Below, one piece after another: positions 1 through 13,918 of a DNA stretch of 64,000 bases; the stretch's first letter is position 1; each line of letters opens with the position of its first letter. Source of the DNA: the human T2T-CHM13v2.0 reference genome, Homo sapiens; NCBI RefSeq assembly GCF_009914755.1, contig NC_060926.1; one strand, given 5' to 3'. Position numbers and translations under genes: made by a program. The notes beneath the pieces are model-generated. The model was given only the letters and a program-made list of their open reading frames with translations, did not search any database and was not told the origin of the DNA.

Positions 1-5
1 TCCCA

Positions 6-27
<22 letters not shown>

Positions 28-36
<9 letters not shown>

Positions 37-329
37 TTTTTTTTTTTTGAGACAGAGTTTCATTCTATTACCCAGGCAGGAGTGCGGTTGTGCCATCTCG
101 GCTCACTGCAACCTTCACCTCCTGGTTCAAGCTATTCTCCTGCCTCAGCCTCCTGAGTAGCTGGAATTACAGGCACCCACCACCACAACCAGCTAATTTT
201 TGTATTTTTATTAGAGATGGGGTCTCTCCATGTTGGCCAGGCTGGTCTCTAACTCCTGGCCTCAGGTGATCCGCTTTTCTTAGTCTCCCAAAGTGCTAGG
301 ACTACAGGCATGAGCCACTGCGCCCAGCC
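28..329 (-). mobile_element. Alu, AluS-type, full length
   Basis: Poly-T, then GAGACAGAGTTTC...CTCAGGTGATCCG...GAGCCACTGCGCCCAGCC; (TC)n abuts the tail. Confidence 0.95.
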
Positions 330-367
330 TGATACCCCATCTCTTAAAAACAAAACAAAACAAAACA

Positions 368-930
368 TAGAATTACCTTATGACCCAGTAATTCTAAGTA
401 TATATCCAAGAGAGAGGAAAATGTATGTCTACATAAAAAATTGTAGCTGTCTGTTTATAACAGTGTTAATAGGCAAAATGTGAGAACAACCCAAATGTTC
501 ATCAGTCTATGCGTTGTAGACAAACAAAATGTGGTTTAGCCATACAATGGAATATAATTTAGCAATAAAAAGAAATGAAGTACTAACTCACGCGACTACA
601 TGGATGAGCCTTGAAAATATTATACTAAGTGAAAGAATGGAGTCACAAAATATCATAGACTGTATGATTCCTTCAATATGAAACGTCCAGAATAGGCAAA
701 TCTGTGAAGGCAGAAAGTAGATTTGTGGTTGCCTAAGGCTGGGGTTGGGGGATGGAGAGTGACTGCTAATGAGTATGGGATTTCACTGGGAGAGGGGTGA
801 TGAAACTGTTATAAAATTAGATAGGGATGATGGTGGTATAACTCTGTGAATATACTAAAACCCACTGACGTGTACATTCCAAATGCGTGAATTTTATGAT
901 AGGTAAATTATATCCCAGTAAAGCTACTAC
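368..930 (+). mobile_element. L1MB-type LINE-1 3' end
   Basis: CAACCCAAATGTTCATCA, CATACAATGGAATAT, ACATGGATGAGCCTTGAAAATATTATACTAAGTGAAAGAA, CCAGAATAGGCAAATC are typical of the L1M 3' UTR. Confidence 0.85.
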
Positions 931-1057
931 AAATAAGAGTCCATTTTTTTCTGTGGGTACTTATTATTTTAGCTGTGTTGATCTCACTCTGCTGTTTCCC
1001 AACTCAGATCTTTACACATGGTGTGCTGGGAATGCTCCTCCCAATTTTGTCTACCTG

Positions 1058-1350
1058 GCAAATTCTCACTTATTCAACACTCAGCTTCCACATTAACCCT
1101 CCTGTGAAGCTTTTGTGCTCCCAGGAGAGCAGCACTTTTCTGCATTGCCTCTTTATTTGGTACCTGTGTAAAAACAGTTGCACATTTTTTACTCTATGGA
1201 CAGTCTTTGTTTTCTTTTTGCTCGGCTCTTTTCTGTGGATGGTGTTCCTCCCTGCGGACAAGTAACGTGTCTTACCACATTTGCATCTATCCTGGGTGCT
1301 CATCATTCTGCCTGACACATATCAGGCACTCAATAAGTACTTGTTAAAAT
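1058..1350 (+). mobile_element. L2 3' fragment
   Basis: Ends in CCTGACACATATCAGGCACTCAATAAGTACTTGTT, like the L2 terminus. Confidence 0.5.
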
Positions 1351-1667
1351 TAAACAGAATAATTTGAAAGCATTGGAACAAAGCTCAAGAGTAAACAGCA
1401 AAGAAAGGGTTACCCAAGGTTCTGTTCATGAACAGCATTTCCTAATTAGACTGCTAAGAATGTGGTAATAATATGGCATTCAAGGCACTTGCAGTTATAA
1501 AAGCTCTCAGATCTACCCTTCTATCACCCTAGCTATACTTCCAAAACCAGCTAGCTTTTTGATTTCATTCCTTCTTCCCTCCTACCTTGCTTCCCCTCCT
1601 CCTCTCTCTCTTTCTTTTTATTTATAAGCCAACATATGCATATTTGTTCCTATTTAAAATTTTTCTG

Positions 1668-2020
1668 ACTTTCCATTTTGAAGTAATTTTAGGCTCATAA
1701 AAATATCACAAAAATCAAATAATTCTCATATGCCCTTCACCAACTCCCCAAATGTTAACATCTTATAAAACTACAGTACAATGAGCAACACTAGGAAATT
1801 AACATTTATGAATTACTATTAACTAACTTACTGACCTAATTCAAATCTTGCCAATTGTTCCATTAATGTTCTTTTTCTGGTCCAGGATCCTATACAAGAT
1901 CAGAGTCATGCCTTCTTGATCTCCTCCAATCCTCCAATCTGAGGCAGTTTTTCAGTCATTCATAACCCTGACACATCTATGGAGTACTGGGCAATTATTT
2001 GAAAAATGTCCCACAATTTA
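1668..2020 (-). mobile_element. L1MC-type 3' UTR fragment
   Basis: CCCCAAATGTTAACATCTTAT...TTTTTCTGGTCCAGGATCC...GAGTACTGGGCAATTATTT resembles the antisense L1MC4/5 end. Confidence 0.6.
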
Positions 2021-2039
2021 ACAAAGGCCTGTGGGACAC

Positions 2040-2330
2040 TTTTGTAGGCATTATGCTAGGCTCTGAAGTGCTTTAGTTTAGGTTCAGTCTTTGCCCCCAG
2101 GAAGTTGATCTTATTGTGGAGAGGAGCTGAGATGCACAAATTAACAGATAATTACAATGCAGTATAGTAAATGCTATAATAACGGTAAACACTGAGTATG
2201 GGGAGGACCTCAGAAGGGGCAACCGGTTATGCCTTGAGGGACCTGGAAAGACTTCTTGAAAGAGATGACATCTAAACCAAGAACAGAAGCATGAGGAATG
2301 CTGACCCAGACAGAAGGTGGGGGCCCTAGA
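2040..2330 (-). mobile_element. L2 fragment
   Basis: GGCATTATGCTAGGC, ATAATTACAATGCAGTATAGTAAATGCTAT, GGAAAGACTTCTTGAAAGAGATGACATCT. Confidence 0.55.
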
Positions 2331-2969
2331 GAGAAAGGTGGTCCAGGCAAAATTTAATCCATCAAGTATAGCAGAATACTGCAGTCGTTTTAAGGAATAA
2401 CCTAAATACTCCTTGTAAAAATCTTTATAATCAGGACCACATTTGAACACGTTGAGGAAATCTGCTTTGACCTTTTCTGTCTTGTCAGAGTTCATTTAAA
2501 AACCCTTGACATTCTGACATTCATCCTTGTGCTTTGGCAATTTTAGAAGTTCAGTTGATAAAATTGACTTTAAGAAGCACAATAAATGTGAAGCTAAAGA
2601 AGAAAAAACAATTTTTTAATTGAAGTGAATTAAGGCAGGTAAATTCCTAAGTACATGAGCCTCTGAAGAGTGTGATTAGGGATGATATAAAAGGAAATTA
2701 ATTTATCAGAGGAACTCTGGCCTTGATCACTGCCAAGAAGCAATCACATAAATGTCATCATAAAATTAGATAAAATCATGCAATTGTGTAACCTTTTTGT
2801 ATCTTATAGTACCCCATAGGAATAGTCCCCCTTTGGATACAACGGTTATAATAGGTTTGTGCAAGAGATAGCTGGCCAGACTCATTTAAAGCTGGGCATC
2901 AGCAGATTGACTGATGAACTGAAAGCCGCCATCACTCGGGTTCAAGAATTTTTGCATAGGAAACTTTGA

Positions 2970-3195
<226 letters not shown>

Positions 3196-3384
3196 TAAGT
3201 TTCTTGGCTGTGATTTAGAAACAAATTATTATTTAAGGATGGGTCTATAGGTAAACTGTATACCTAAAGTGGAAAACTTCCCTCTCAGCCCCTTCCTCCT
3301 CTTTTTCTTCTCCATTTTCTCTTCTGGTAACAGCCTTTCTCTGTCTTACTCTGACTGTCAAAACTTGACCAAACCTAATTATTC

Positions 3385-3640
3385 GTGTCTTTGGCCACTG
3401 TGATTGGCTTGACGGTAGGAACAATACTTTGGCAGGACCAATCAGAGCTTTTTGCTGGGATATTTCAAACTGATTCTGGAAAGAGAAGCCACCTTGCTCT
3501 CTAGCTGTGGAGTTAGATGAATAGGAATCTGGAAGCCATGACTAGCTGTATATCACTTATATGTTGGGAAAGATCTGCATCCAATGTGTGAGAAAAATAG
3601 AGAAAAGAGGCTGAGAGAGAGGTCTGATAGCATTGGCTCC
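3385..3640 (+). mobile_element. Old MaLR LTR fragment (MLT1-like)
   Basis: TTGGCCACTGTGATTGG...GGACCAATCAGAG...GAGAGAG pattern; highly diverged. Confidence 0.4.
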
Positions 3641-3907
3641 GACCATTCTTTGATAGTATTACTTTTTTATTTTGTTTATTTTTTAACAGCTTTATTGGGA
3701 TATCATTTGCATACCATACAATTCACTGATTCAAAGTGTACAGTTCAATGATTTTTACTACATTAACAAAGTCATTAACCACAGTCGACCTTAGAATATT
3801 TTCACCCCCCAACCCTGCCAAAAAACTGCTGTACCCATTAGTAGTCACTCCTCATTTCTCCCCAACCACCTCAGCCCTAGGAAGCCACTAATTTACTTTT
3901 ATTTATG

Positions 3908-4069
3908 CTTTTTTTCTTTTTTCCCCTTTCTTCCCTCCCTTTCTTCCTTCCTCCCTTCCTTCCTTCCATCCTTCCTCTTTCTCTCTTTCTTTTCTTTCCT
4001 TCCTTCCTTTCTTTCTTTCTCTCTTTCCCTTCCTTCCCTTCCTTCCTTCCCTCCCTCCCTCTTTCTTTC

Positions 4070-4113
<44 letters not shown>

Positions 4114-4283
4114 GTCTCACTCTCTTTCTTGTCTCACTCTCTTTCTCTCTTTCTCTTTCTTTCTTTTTTTCTTGTCTCACTCTCTCTCTTCCTCTTTCTT
4201 TCTTTCCTTCTTTCTTGTCTCTCTTTCTTGTCTCATTCTCTTTCTCTCTTTCTTTCTTTCTTTCCTCACTCTTTCTCTTTCTT

Positions 4284-4315
<32 letters not shown>

Positions 4316-4325
4316 TCTCTTTCTT
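3908..4325. repeat. CT-rich low-complexity tract ((CTTT)n/(CCTT)n/(CT)n) grown from an AluJ tail
   Basis: About 420 bp of almost pure pyrimidine on the + strand, contiguous with the Alu 3' end. Confidence 0.95.
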
Positions 4326-4595
4326 GTCTCACTCTGTTGCCCAGGCTGCAGTGCAGTGGTACAATGATGGCTGACTGCAGCCTCGACCTCCCAAGATCAA
4401 GTGATCCTCCCACCTCAGCCTCCCAAGTAGCTCAGACTATATGGGTACCACCATGCCCAGCTAATTTTTGTAGTTTTTTGTAGAGATGGGGCTCCACCAC
4501 ATTGCCCAGGCTGATCTCAAACCCCTGGGCTGAAGTGATGCACCTGCCTCAGCATCCCAAAGTGCTGGGATTACAGGAGTGAGCCACTGTGCTCC
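4326..4595 (-). mobile_element. AluJ
   Basis: GCAGCCTCGACCTCC, TCAAGTGATCCTCCCACCTCAGCC, TTGCCCAGGCTG...CCCCTGGGCTGAAGTG (J diagnostics). Confidence 0.92.
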
Positions 4596-6149
4596 ATTGA
4601 TTTTCTTATCTTTGACATGGCATATAAATATAGTGGTCTACCATGTGGTCTACCATGACTGGCATCTTTCACTTAGCATGCTGTTTTCAGAATTCATCTC
4701 TCTTGAATCCTGTAGCTGTACCACATTCCTTTTTATGGCTGAATATTTCACTGTATGAAAGACAATTGGATTTGTATCACTTTCTGGCTATTCTGAATAT
4801 GCTGCTGTGAACATTTGTGTACAAGTTTTTACATAGACATATGTTTTCATTTATTGTGGATATATACCTAGCAGTGGAATTGCAGGCTCATACAGCAAGC
4901 CAGTTTAGTTTTTAAGGAACTGCCAAGCTGTTTCCAAAGTGGCTGCACCAGTTTGCATTTCTATCAGCAATGTATGAGTCTTCCAGTTTCTACACAACTC
5001 TGCAAACACTTATTATTGTCTATCTTTTTTATTATAGTCATCCTAGTGGGTGTACAGGGCTATCTTACTAGAGTTTTGATTTGCAGTTCTCTAATGGCTA
5101 ATGATGTTGAACATCCTTTCAGCTGCTTATTGGCGATTTGTATATTTTCTTTGGAAAGGTTTCTACGCAGATCATTTGTCTATTTTAAAATTTAGTTATT
5201 TGTCTTTTAAAAATGAATAGACTTTATTTTTTGAACAGTTTTAGATATACAGAAAAATTGAGTGGGCTTTTCATTTTTTTATTACTGGTTGTAAGAGTTT
5301 TTTAAAATAGAATTTAAATACAAGTCACACATCAGATATATGATTTGTAAATATTTTTTTTGCATTTTGTAGGTTGTCTTTTCACTTTCTTGATATTCTC
5401 CCTTGGAGCATTACAGCGGTAAATTTTGAGAAAGTTTATCTATTTTTGTCCTTTGTTGTTTGTGCCTTTGTATAGCCCCAGGTCACAAAGACTGAATCCT
5501 ATATTTTCTTCTAGGAGTCTTATAGTTTTACCTCTTACATTTAGCTCTATGATCCATTTGGAGTTAATTTTTGTATATGGTATAAGAGAAGGAAGATTCT
5601 TTTGCCTGTGGCTATCCAGTTGTCCCAGAACTATTTTTTGAAAAGACTGTTCTTCCCCATTGAATTGTCTAGGCACCTTTGTCAAAAATTGACTGACCTT
5701 GAATGTAATAGTGTATCTCTGGACTCTCGATTCTATTCTCTTTAATTCGTATGTCTATCCTTACGTATATTTCTTTTTTTATTCACTGTTTTCCCCTGTG
5801 CTGTTTTGGAATGATACCATTTATTATATTGGTTATTATAGAAGTTTAATTATATATATGTAACTGAACAAAATCTAAAGTTACATAATAACTTAATCTC
5901 GTGTTGAATAATACAAGTCTTTCTAACGATTTAATTTGGATCATACTGCCCCCTTTCCTGAGTTGTTTGTTATCCCATATCTTAATTTTGTCCTTTTCTT
6001 TTTCTAAATTCATAAATTAGACATTATTGCTGTTGTCGTTATTATTTAAACAGATAGTAATTGGATACATCATTACCATTTTATTTTCTCACTATTCCTT
6101 CTCCTCTCTCAGAATAGCATTTTATAGAGTCATTTTTATTGTTCCCAAA

Positions 6150-6515
6150 GTACCTTCTTTTATTATTCCACTTTCATTCTTGAAAGATAATTTTGAAAGG
6201 TACACAATTCTAGATTAAGAGTTTTTTTCCTTCTCTCAGTATTTGAGATAAATACTAGCTCCTGGCTTTTATTATTGATATTAGGAAATCTACCATCAGT
6301 TTAATTGCCACTCCTTTTTAATCTCTCTTTTTTCTCTGACTGGTTTAAAGATCATTGTCTTTGCTGTTTTGCATTTTTACATGATGTGTCCAAGCATGAA
6401 TTTCTTTTTATTTACACTTTAATTCCAGAAAAATTCCAGCCACTCTTTCTAAAAATTTATTATTTGATTCTCTCTAATCTTTCTTTCTGGGACTACAATT
6501 AAACACTTAGAACTA
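6150..6515 (-). mobile_element. Ancient L1M/HAL1 ORF1-region fragment
   Basis: TTCTTGAAAGATAATTTT...AATTCTAGATT, GAAAAATTCCAGCCAC, CTTTCTGGGACTACAATTA. Confidence 0.45.
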
Positions 6516-7393
6516 CCTTACATAAGATACAAAAATAGTTTGAATTAAGTCTTAAATATGAAAGGCAATTTAAAAACTTTTTTAGGAAAATATTTTTATG
6601 ACTTCAGGGTAAGGGAAGAATTTCTTGAACAAGACATAAAGCACAGACTTAAAGGAAAATATTAGTGAATCTCACTATATTAAGGTTAAAAAAATATCTG
6701 GACACAGAAGAACACACCATTTGAAATATAAAACATTTTTTGTTTGGTGTCATTATGAACTTGTGAATTTAAACACATAAATTATATTTTAATCCTTTAA
6801 TTATTATTCTTCTGAATGTTCAAACTACCTTCTTTGGTCAGTGGAAAACTCAGGTTGACTCCTGAGCACTGTTGATGCAACACTAGCAGTTTTTATAGCT
6901 TTGTCACTTTCAGTTATGATGTTGTAGACTTATTCCATATATTTATTGTTCCAGATTAGGAGATAGCCATTTATTTAAGTATCCTTAGTTTGTTCAGTAG
7001 TAAACAATATTTAGAGCTCACAACCTGTTCTTCCTTGTAGGACTATAGGAAATCAATTTATGATGTTGAAAATGGTTAAAAGAAAAATAGCATTTGTTTT
7101 GTCTTTCTTATTCATATATTGGTGCTTGTGCTTGTACTTGTACCAATATATGAGGTACTTGCACATCAGGGTACCAATAGCTCATTAGAAGAAATTTTTC
7201 TGTTTTTTAATAGAAGTGTTCCAGCTAACAAATGAAGATGGATTGATAGCATTAGAATATCACCATTTTGCAAGCCTTAATGAATGAATGGAACTGGGCA
7301 ATGATCATCAAGAGCTGCTAGCATCTCACAAGGAGAGCCAGGTAGAAGTTATGTATCTCTTGATAGACTTACACTATATAATCAATGAAGTAC

Positions 7394-7531
7394 TTTATTT
7401 TATTTATTTTTTATAGAGATGGGAGTCTCACTGTGTTGCCTAAGCTGGTCTTGAACTCCTGGGGCCAATGACCCTCATGCCTCGGCCTCTTGAAATGCTG
7501 AGCTTACAGGTGTAAGCCCACCATGCCCAGC
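7394..7531 (-). mobile_element. FLAM/Alu monomer
   Basis: AGAGATGGGAGTCTCACTGTGTTGCC...CACCATGCCCAGC; ATCAATGAAGTA repeated on both sides. Confidence 0.85.
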
Positions 7532-7752
7532 TCAAAACCATCAATGAAGTAATTTTGCCAAAAGAGTTGAAGTTCAATCTATTTAGGGATCTCAATTTAA
7601 CTACCAATTTATAGAAAATACAGGGGACAGAGGAACATGCTACACTACAACCACATAGACTCAAACAACAAAATTCCAATCTTAGAAACTGTGCAGGACA
7701 AAAACCTGGCTTTATCAACAATAACAAAACATTTCAAAAAATAAAAAATAAA

Positions 7753-8208
<456 letters not shown>

Positions 8209-8964
8209 TTATAAAGCAATTGTGAAAATTTGAACATGGAATAATTTGATTACACTAAGGCGCTGTCTTTTTACATATTACTAGGTTGATGATGGTATTA
8301 TGGTTTCAGTTTTACAGAGTTCTTAACCTCAGAGATTCATAGGAAGTGACATGATGTCAGAGAATTTTCCTCTAAATAACCTAGTGTGGGGGGATGTGGG
8401 TGGTGATATAGATGAAGCAAGACTGACTATGAGCTGGGTGATGGTATGTTGGGATTCATTATATTATTCTATTTTGTATATGATTGAAGATTTGCATAAT
8501 AAGATTTTTTAAAAGTGAAGAGACAATCTACCACCTGGGAAGAGATACATTTAATGCCTAGAATTAAAAAAATTAATATCAAGTATATATTTTAAAAGTT
8601 TTTTATATCAATAAGAAAAAGGCCAAAACCCCAATTTAAAAATTGGGCAAAGAATATGAATAGGTAGTTCACAGAATAAGAAGCTCTAACAATTATAAAA
8701 ATATTAAAAGATGATAAGCCTTACGTTAATCAGGAGAATGCAAATTAAAACCACATTGAGGCATCTTTACACAACTATTAGTTTGGCAAGCATTAAAATG
8801 CTAGATGGCACTACATGTTGGAAACTGTAGAAAAATGGGAACTGTCCCTTGTTGTGGTAGAAATTAAAATGTTTATATCTACTTTAGAGACCAACTGGGT
8901 AATAGGTAGTAAGTCTGAAAATTTGCATATTTCCCAGCAATGAAAAATTGCAAGACATATGTCT

Positions 8965-9380
8965 TCCTAAGCCTTCTGTAAAGATGGGATGCAGGTGTTT
9001 TACTCAGTCTGCCAAACAGATACAGCAGCTCCAAATTGTATGAAGTGTGAAGATAGTATTAAAAAGTAGGAACCCAGCAGAACCCCTGTAGTGAATGTGG
9101 CAGCAGTGATGGCACCTAGGTACAGTTTCTGGAGGCAGCAATGATGACAGTGCAGGAAACAATACCACCACCCAGCATATGTCATTTCAGAAATATAAGT
9201 TGCAGGAACTGTACCCATAAGCAGTGCAGCATCCACATTAGTCAATTCCATTCATATTTGGGTGGTTCTCAAGCACTTCCTGAGATTCTGTAAGCTATCC
9301 AACATCCTTTAAAAAAGAATTTTTCTTGTTTGAGTGATCCATAATGGTGTTCTCTTGCTTATAATTAAGAATTTTGATGA
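8965..9380 (+). mobile_element. ERVL LTR33-like LTR fragment
   Basis: GGCAGCAG-rich core; 3' end GTAAGCTATCCAACATCCTT...TTGCTTATAATTAAGAA. Confidence 0.4.
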
Positions 9381-9545
9381 TGTGAAAAGCAATTTGGTGA
9401 TATCCATTAAACTTGAGGATATGCATACCCTGCAACTCAGCATTTCCACAGTTACATGTACACTTTATGGCAGCATTGTCCAATAGAAGTTTCTATAATA
9501 ATGGCTGTGCCATCCATTGTGCTAGCCACTAGCCACATGTGGCTA

Positions 9546-9880
<335 letters not shown>

Positions 9881-9896
9881 GAGAGAGAGAGAGAGA

Positions 9897-10004
9897 AGGG
9901 CTATCACGTTGCCCAGGCTGGACTCTAACTTCTGGGCTAAAGCGATCCTCATACCTCAGTCTTCTGAGTAACTGGGACTACAGGCATGCACCACATCGCC
10001 TGGC
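9897..10004 (-). mobile_element. Antisense FLAM-type monomer
   Basis: GTTGCCCAGGCTGGACTCTAACTTCTGGGCTAAAGCGATCCTC...GGGACTACAGGCATGCACCACATCGCCTGGC. Confidence 0.8.
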
Positions 10005-10269
10005 AACAAGAGTGAAACATTGTCTCAAAAAAGAAAGAAAAAGAAAGAAAGAAAAGAAATGTAGCTGGTGTAATTGAGGAATTGAAATTTTAATTTTATT
10101 AAGTTAATTAATTTCAATTAGTTGTATTTAGTTGATTTTAATTAATTTAAATTTAAGTAGCCTCATGTGGTTAGTGGCTACTTTACTGAACAACACAACC
10201 CTCGCAAAATGCTTGCCCACATTCACTAAGATGCTCATTGTAGCAATATCTGTAGTCATAAAAAAATCA

Positions 10270-10636
<367 letters not shown>

Positions 10637-11099
10637 TTATTGACATAGGTAAATCTAAAGAATACAATTTGGAGGGAAAAAGAAGCTGCTTTTATGGAGG
10701 GAAAATTTTGGGTCAGGGGGACAAAGCAAGCTATGTTATGATATGATGTGACATCACTTTACATAAAGTCGAAGTAAACACATTGTTATTCATTATGTTG
10801 TTTATTGATTTTAAAATGTAGTAACATTTTAAATGACATAGAATTGAAAGACTCACACTAAAGGAAAGTTTCCCTCTGTTAAGGGAGGGGAGAGAATTGG
10901 AGGTCTCCAACTGTATAAAGTCTAAGATTTGTTACAGCTGGGGTGAGTACACACTAATTTGTTTTATTATTATTGAAATTTATGTATATATAATATATGA
11001 AAATTTATATGAAATATTAAAAAATGTATACATATGTATATATCCTCTTGTACACTGAGGAACAGACTAGGCTGCCTCTTCAGCCTCCTTTCATTTTAT

Positions 11100-11490
11100 T
11101 GATTATAAGGATCATCTGTCCACCCAAATCTATCTTCTTTCATAATAACATCCCATTTCCCAGCCCTCATTGCAGCTAGATGTGTGTGTGTGGCTAAACT
11201 TTTGTCAATGGAAGGTAGGTGGAGGTGATGTGAGCAACTTGCCTCTCACAAGTTCCTGGCCCTGGACTTCCAGGCTTCTGCTGTCTTGAGGCTGGAATGG
11301 CAACAACCAAAGTAATTTTGGCAATCACACGTGGAAGCAGGAGGGCTGTCACCAGCCTCAGTCCCCGAATGGCTACGTGGAACAGAGGCTGCCTCCCTAC
11401 CTGTGACTGCTATCTGAGAGAGAAATCAACTCCCATGTTTCTTAAGCCTTATTATTGTTCAGTCTTATGGCCGCTTCTTTGGATATGTAA
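11100..11490 (+). mobile_element. MLT1J/LTR16-like old LTR
   Basis: TTCCCAGCCCTCATTGCAGCTAGATGTG...GTCAATGGAAGG...GAGAGAGAAATCAAC...TTAAGCC. Confidence 0.55.
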
Positions 11491-11829
11491 TCATCTCTCT
11501 TTTTTTGTTTTCACTTACTGTGTTCAAAATTAGTTTCTGATACTTTCCTTGTTCACAGTGTTTATTATTCTACTAAGAGATAAGAAATAGGTATAAAATA
11601 ATAGTATTTTTCACCCCGTTATAGAACGTAAGGTATGATACGTTTTTACAACTGCCAGACATACAGTGGAGGGAGAGTGAGTAGAAAAGATAGTACTAGT
11701 AACATTTTCATAGTAGTAAATAGGATAGTGAGGATAATCATAGGATAGTGAGTAGAAGACAATACTGGTAACATTTTCATAGTAGTTATAATTTATAAGA
11801 ATTTCACACATGACACATGTGGGCCTGCC

Positions 11830-11970
11830 TCTAGTTCAAACCTCTCATCCATAGATAAATAAACCATGGCCCAAAGTTGTTGTACTTGACTAAGTTCACA
11901 CTGTGAGTTAGTGGCAGAACCTCCTGGTTTATTTCCTGTCCCATCTCTCAGCTCCTTATACTGCCTCCCT
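11830..11970 (-). mobile_element. MIR fragment
   Basis: CTAGTTCAAACCTCTCAT...AAGTTCACAC...GTTAGTGGCAGAAC. Confidence 0.5.
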
Positions 11971-13179
11971 TGCTTGGAAAGGAACTTAGAGATAATTTGG
12001 TTGATATATGATGCTTACATTCTAACCACAGTAATTTATTGAAACATAAGGAGAAGATACACACATTCCTGATAATTCATAAATTTGAGTCATTCTGAAT
12101 GTTCACTTACACACATGTTAGAGGGATAAACTCAGAACTAGTAAGAAGTTTTGGGACACAGTAATAAGTCTGACTATAAATTCTAGTGTACTGACTTGAA
12201 GCTGAAGTGATATTTTTTGTAGTAGAATTTGAGAATTCACTCAAATTCTAAGGCAATAACTCTCCAACTTTTCCCTTGAAGTTTGCTAGTGACCAGCCCT
12301 TTGCATAGAGGCCAAGGTGAGAGAGGGATTCCAGGTGTAAACTCTAAACTTCCTTGCTCATGAACAAAATTGATTTGAAGGATTGTATTTTACTTTAAAA
12401 ATTCATGCTGATTTCTGTGTGCTCCTCCACAATATGGCTGTAATTGCTTTAATATAAAAAGATAATTTAAATCATCAGTTAAATTTCTTAATTACTCCTT
12501 CAAAATCTTTGTGGAAACTTGATACCTCATTTGTCCTGGGTCCAAATACACTTCCTCATGTTCTCAAAGGCACAAGTTTCCAATTTTTATAGTCATTAAA
12601 CTGAGATATTTGGCATGAGACTGCTTGATGATCTTCATTCCAGAGTATTATCTCTCCCTCACCCACCTGAGATTCAGGTCAAAGTTGTCCAGAATTAAAA
12701 ACTTTCTGCAGGGGTTGTTTAAAAATTGGGACTAACTATACGCCCATAAGAGTCTAGAAACTTTTTTTTTTGGTAGAGGAGGAGGCCAGCGGGTTGCATT
12801 TTGACCGGGTAGAAGAATATGGACCATAGAACATTAGTACTAGAAGCGCTGGGAGAGATTATTTAATGCATAGTATTGATTTATAGATGAAGAAACTAAA
12901 GCCCTGATAGATCATAGTTCTTGTCCCAAACTACGAAATTGGCTAAGTATTAATATTTATTCCTTGATTAATAGTTAGTTAGGATATCTCTTGCCCACAT
13001 TCTGTATTATTATGAGTTATAGAATGTAAAGTGGCCATCAGCTGTTTCCAAAGTTATCAAGAAGTTGTTGAACATTTATAGTTTCTTCACTCTTCAAGAT
13101 GGTCATTACAATTGGGATGGCATTTTTGTAGATGAGTTTATTATCCTTTTGTACTTGAAATGCTATTTCAAATCAATGT

Positions 13180-13181
<2 letters not shown>

Positions 13182-13213
<32 letters not shown>

Positions 13214-13493
13214 AGATGGAGTCTCGCTCTTTCGCCCAGGCTGGAGTGCAGTGGCGCTATCTTGGCTCACTGCAAGCTCCGCCTCCTGGATTCACACCAT
13301 TCTCCTGCCTCAGCCTCCTGAGTAGCTGAGACTACAGGTGCCCGCCACCACGCCCAGCTAATTTTTTGTATTTTTAGTAGAGACGGGGTTTCACCATGTT
13401 AGCCAGGATGGTGTCGATCCCCTGACCTTGTGATCTGCCCACCTTGGCCTCCCAAAGTGCTGGGATTACAGGTGTGAGCCACCACGCCTGGCC
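13182..13493 (-). mobile_element. AluY with 15-bp TSD
   Basis: GCAAGCTCCGCC, CACACCATTCTCC, TTAGCCAGGATGG; TSD AAATCAATGTCATTT at 13170-13184 and 13494-13508. Confidence 0.96.
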
Positions 13494-13560
13494 AAATCAA
13501 TGTCATTTAAAGCAATATCCAACACCATCTAATTAGCATTCCTGAATTATAAAATAAATT

Positions 13561-13866
13561 GGCCAGGTACAGTGGCTCACACCAGTAATCCCAGCACTTT
13601 GGGATGCTGAGGCGGGCAGATAACCTGAGTTCAGGAGTTTGAGACCAGCCTGGCCAACATGGTGAAACTCCATCCCTACTAAAAATACAAAAATTAGCCA
13701 GGCATGGTGGCGGGTGCCTGTAGTACCAGCTATTTGGGAGGCTCAAGCAGGAGAATTGCTTGAAGCCGGGAGGCGGAGGTTGCAGTGAGCAGAGATTGTG
13801 TCATTGCACTCCAGCCTGGGCGACAAGAGCAAGACTTCATCTCAAGAAAAAAAAAAAAAAGAAAAA
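13561..13866 (+). mobile_element. AluSq-like
   Basis: Full dimer with GGGCGACAAGAGC and an A tail. Confidence 0.95.
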
Positions 13867-13918
13867 GTAATTATTTAAGTAGAAATAACATGTGATGCCA
13901 TATTTCAAAGGCCTAGAG

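Larger units (their letters stand above)
3678..5770 (-). mobile_element. L1MB-type LINE-1 (3' UTR and ORF2 C-terminus), interrupted by CT tract and AluJ
   Basis: TTTAACAGCTTTATTG start; TTTAAGGAACTGCCAAGCTGTTTCCAAAGTGGCTGCACC; ORF 5440-5685 (-) reads [30 protein letters not shown], homologous to the L1 ORF2p C-terminus. Confidence 0.85.

Noticed and set aside
3899-4483. ORFs of up to 192 aa (F/L/S-rich or K/E/R-rich)
   Set aside because: Translations of the CT microsatellite and the adjoining Alu.
4633-4656. 12-bp tandem duplication GTGGTCTACCAT twice
   Set aside because: A trivial slippage event inside a dead L1.
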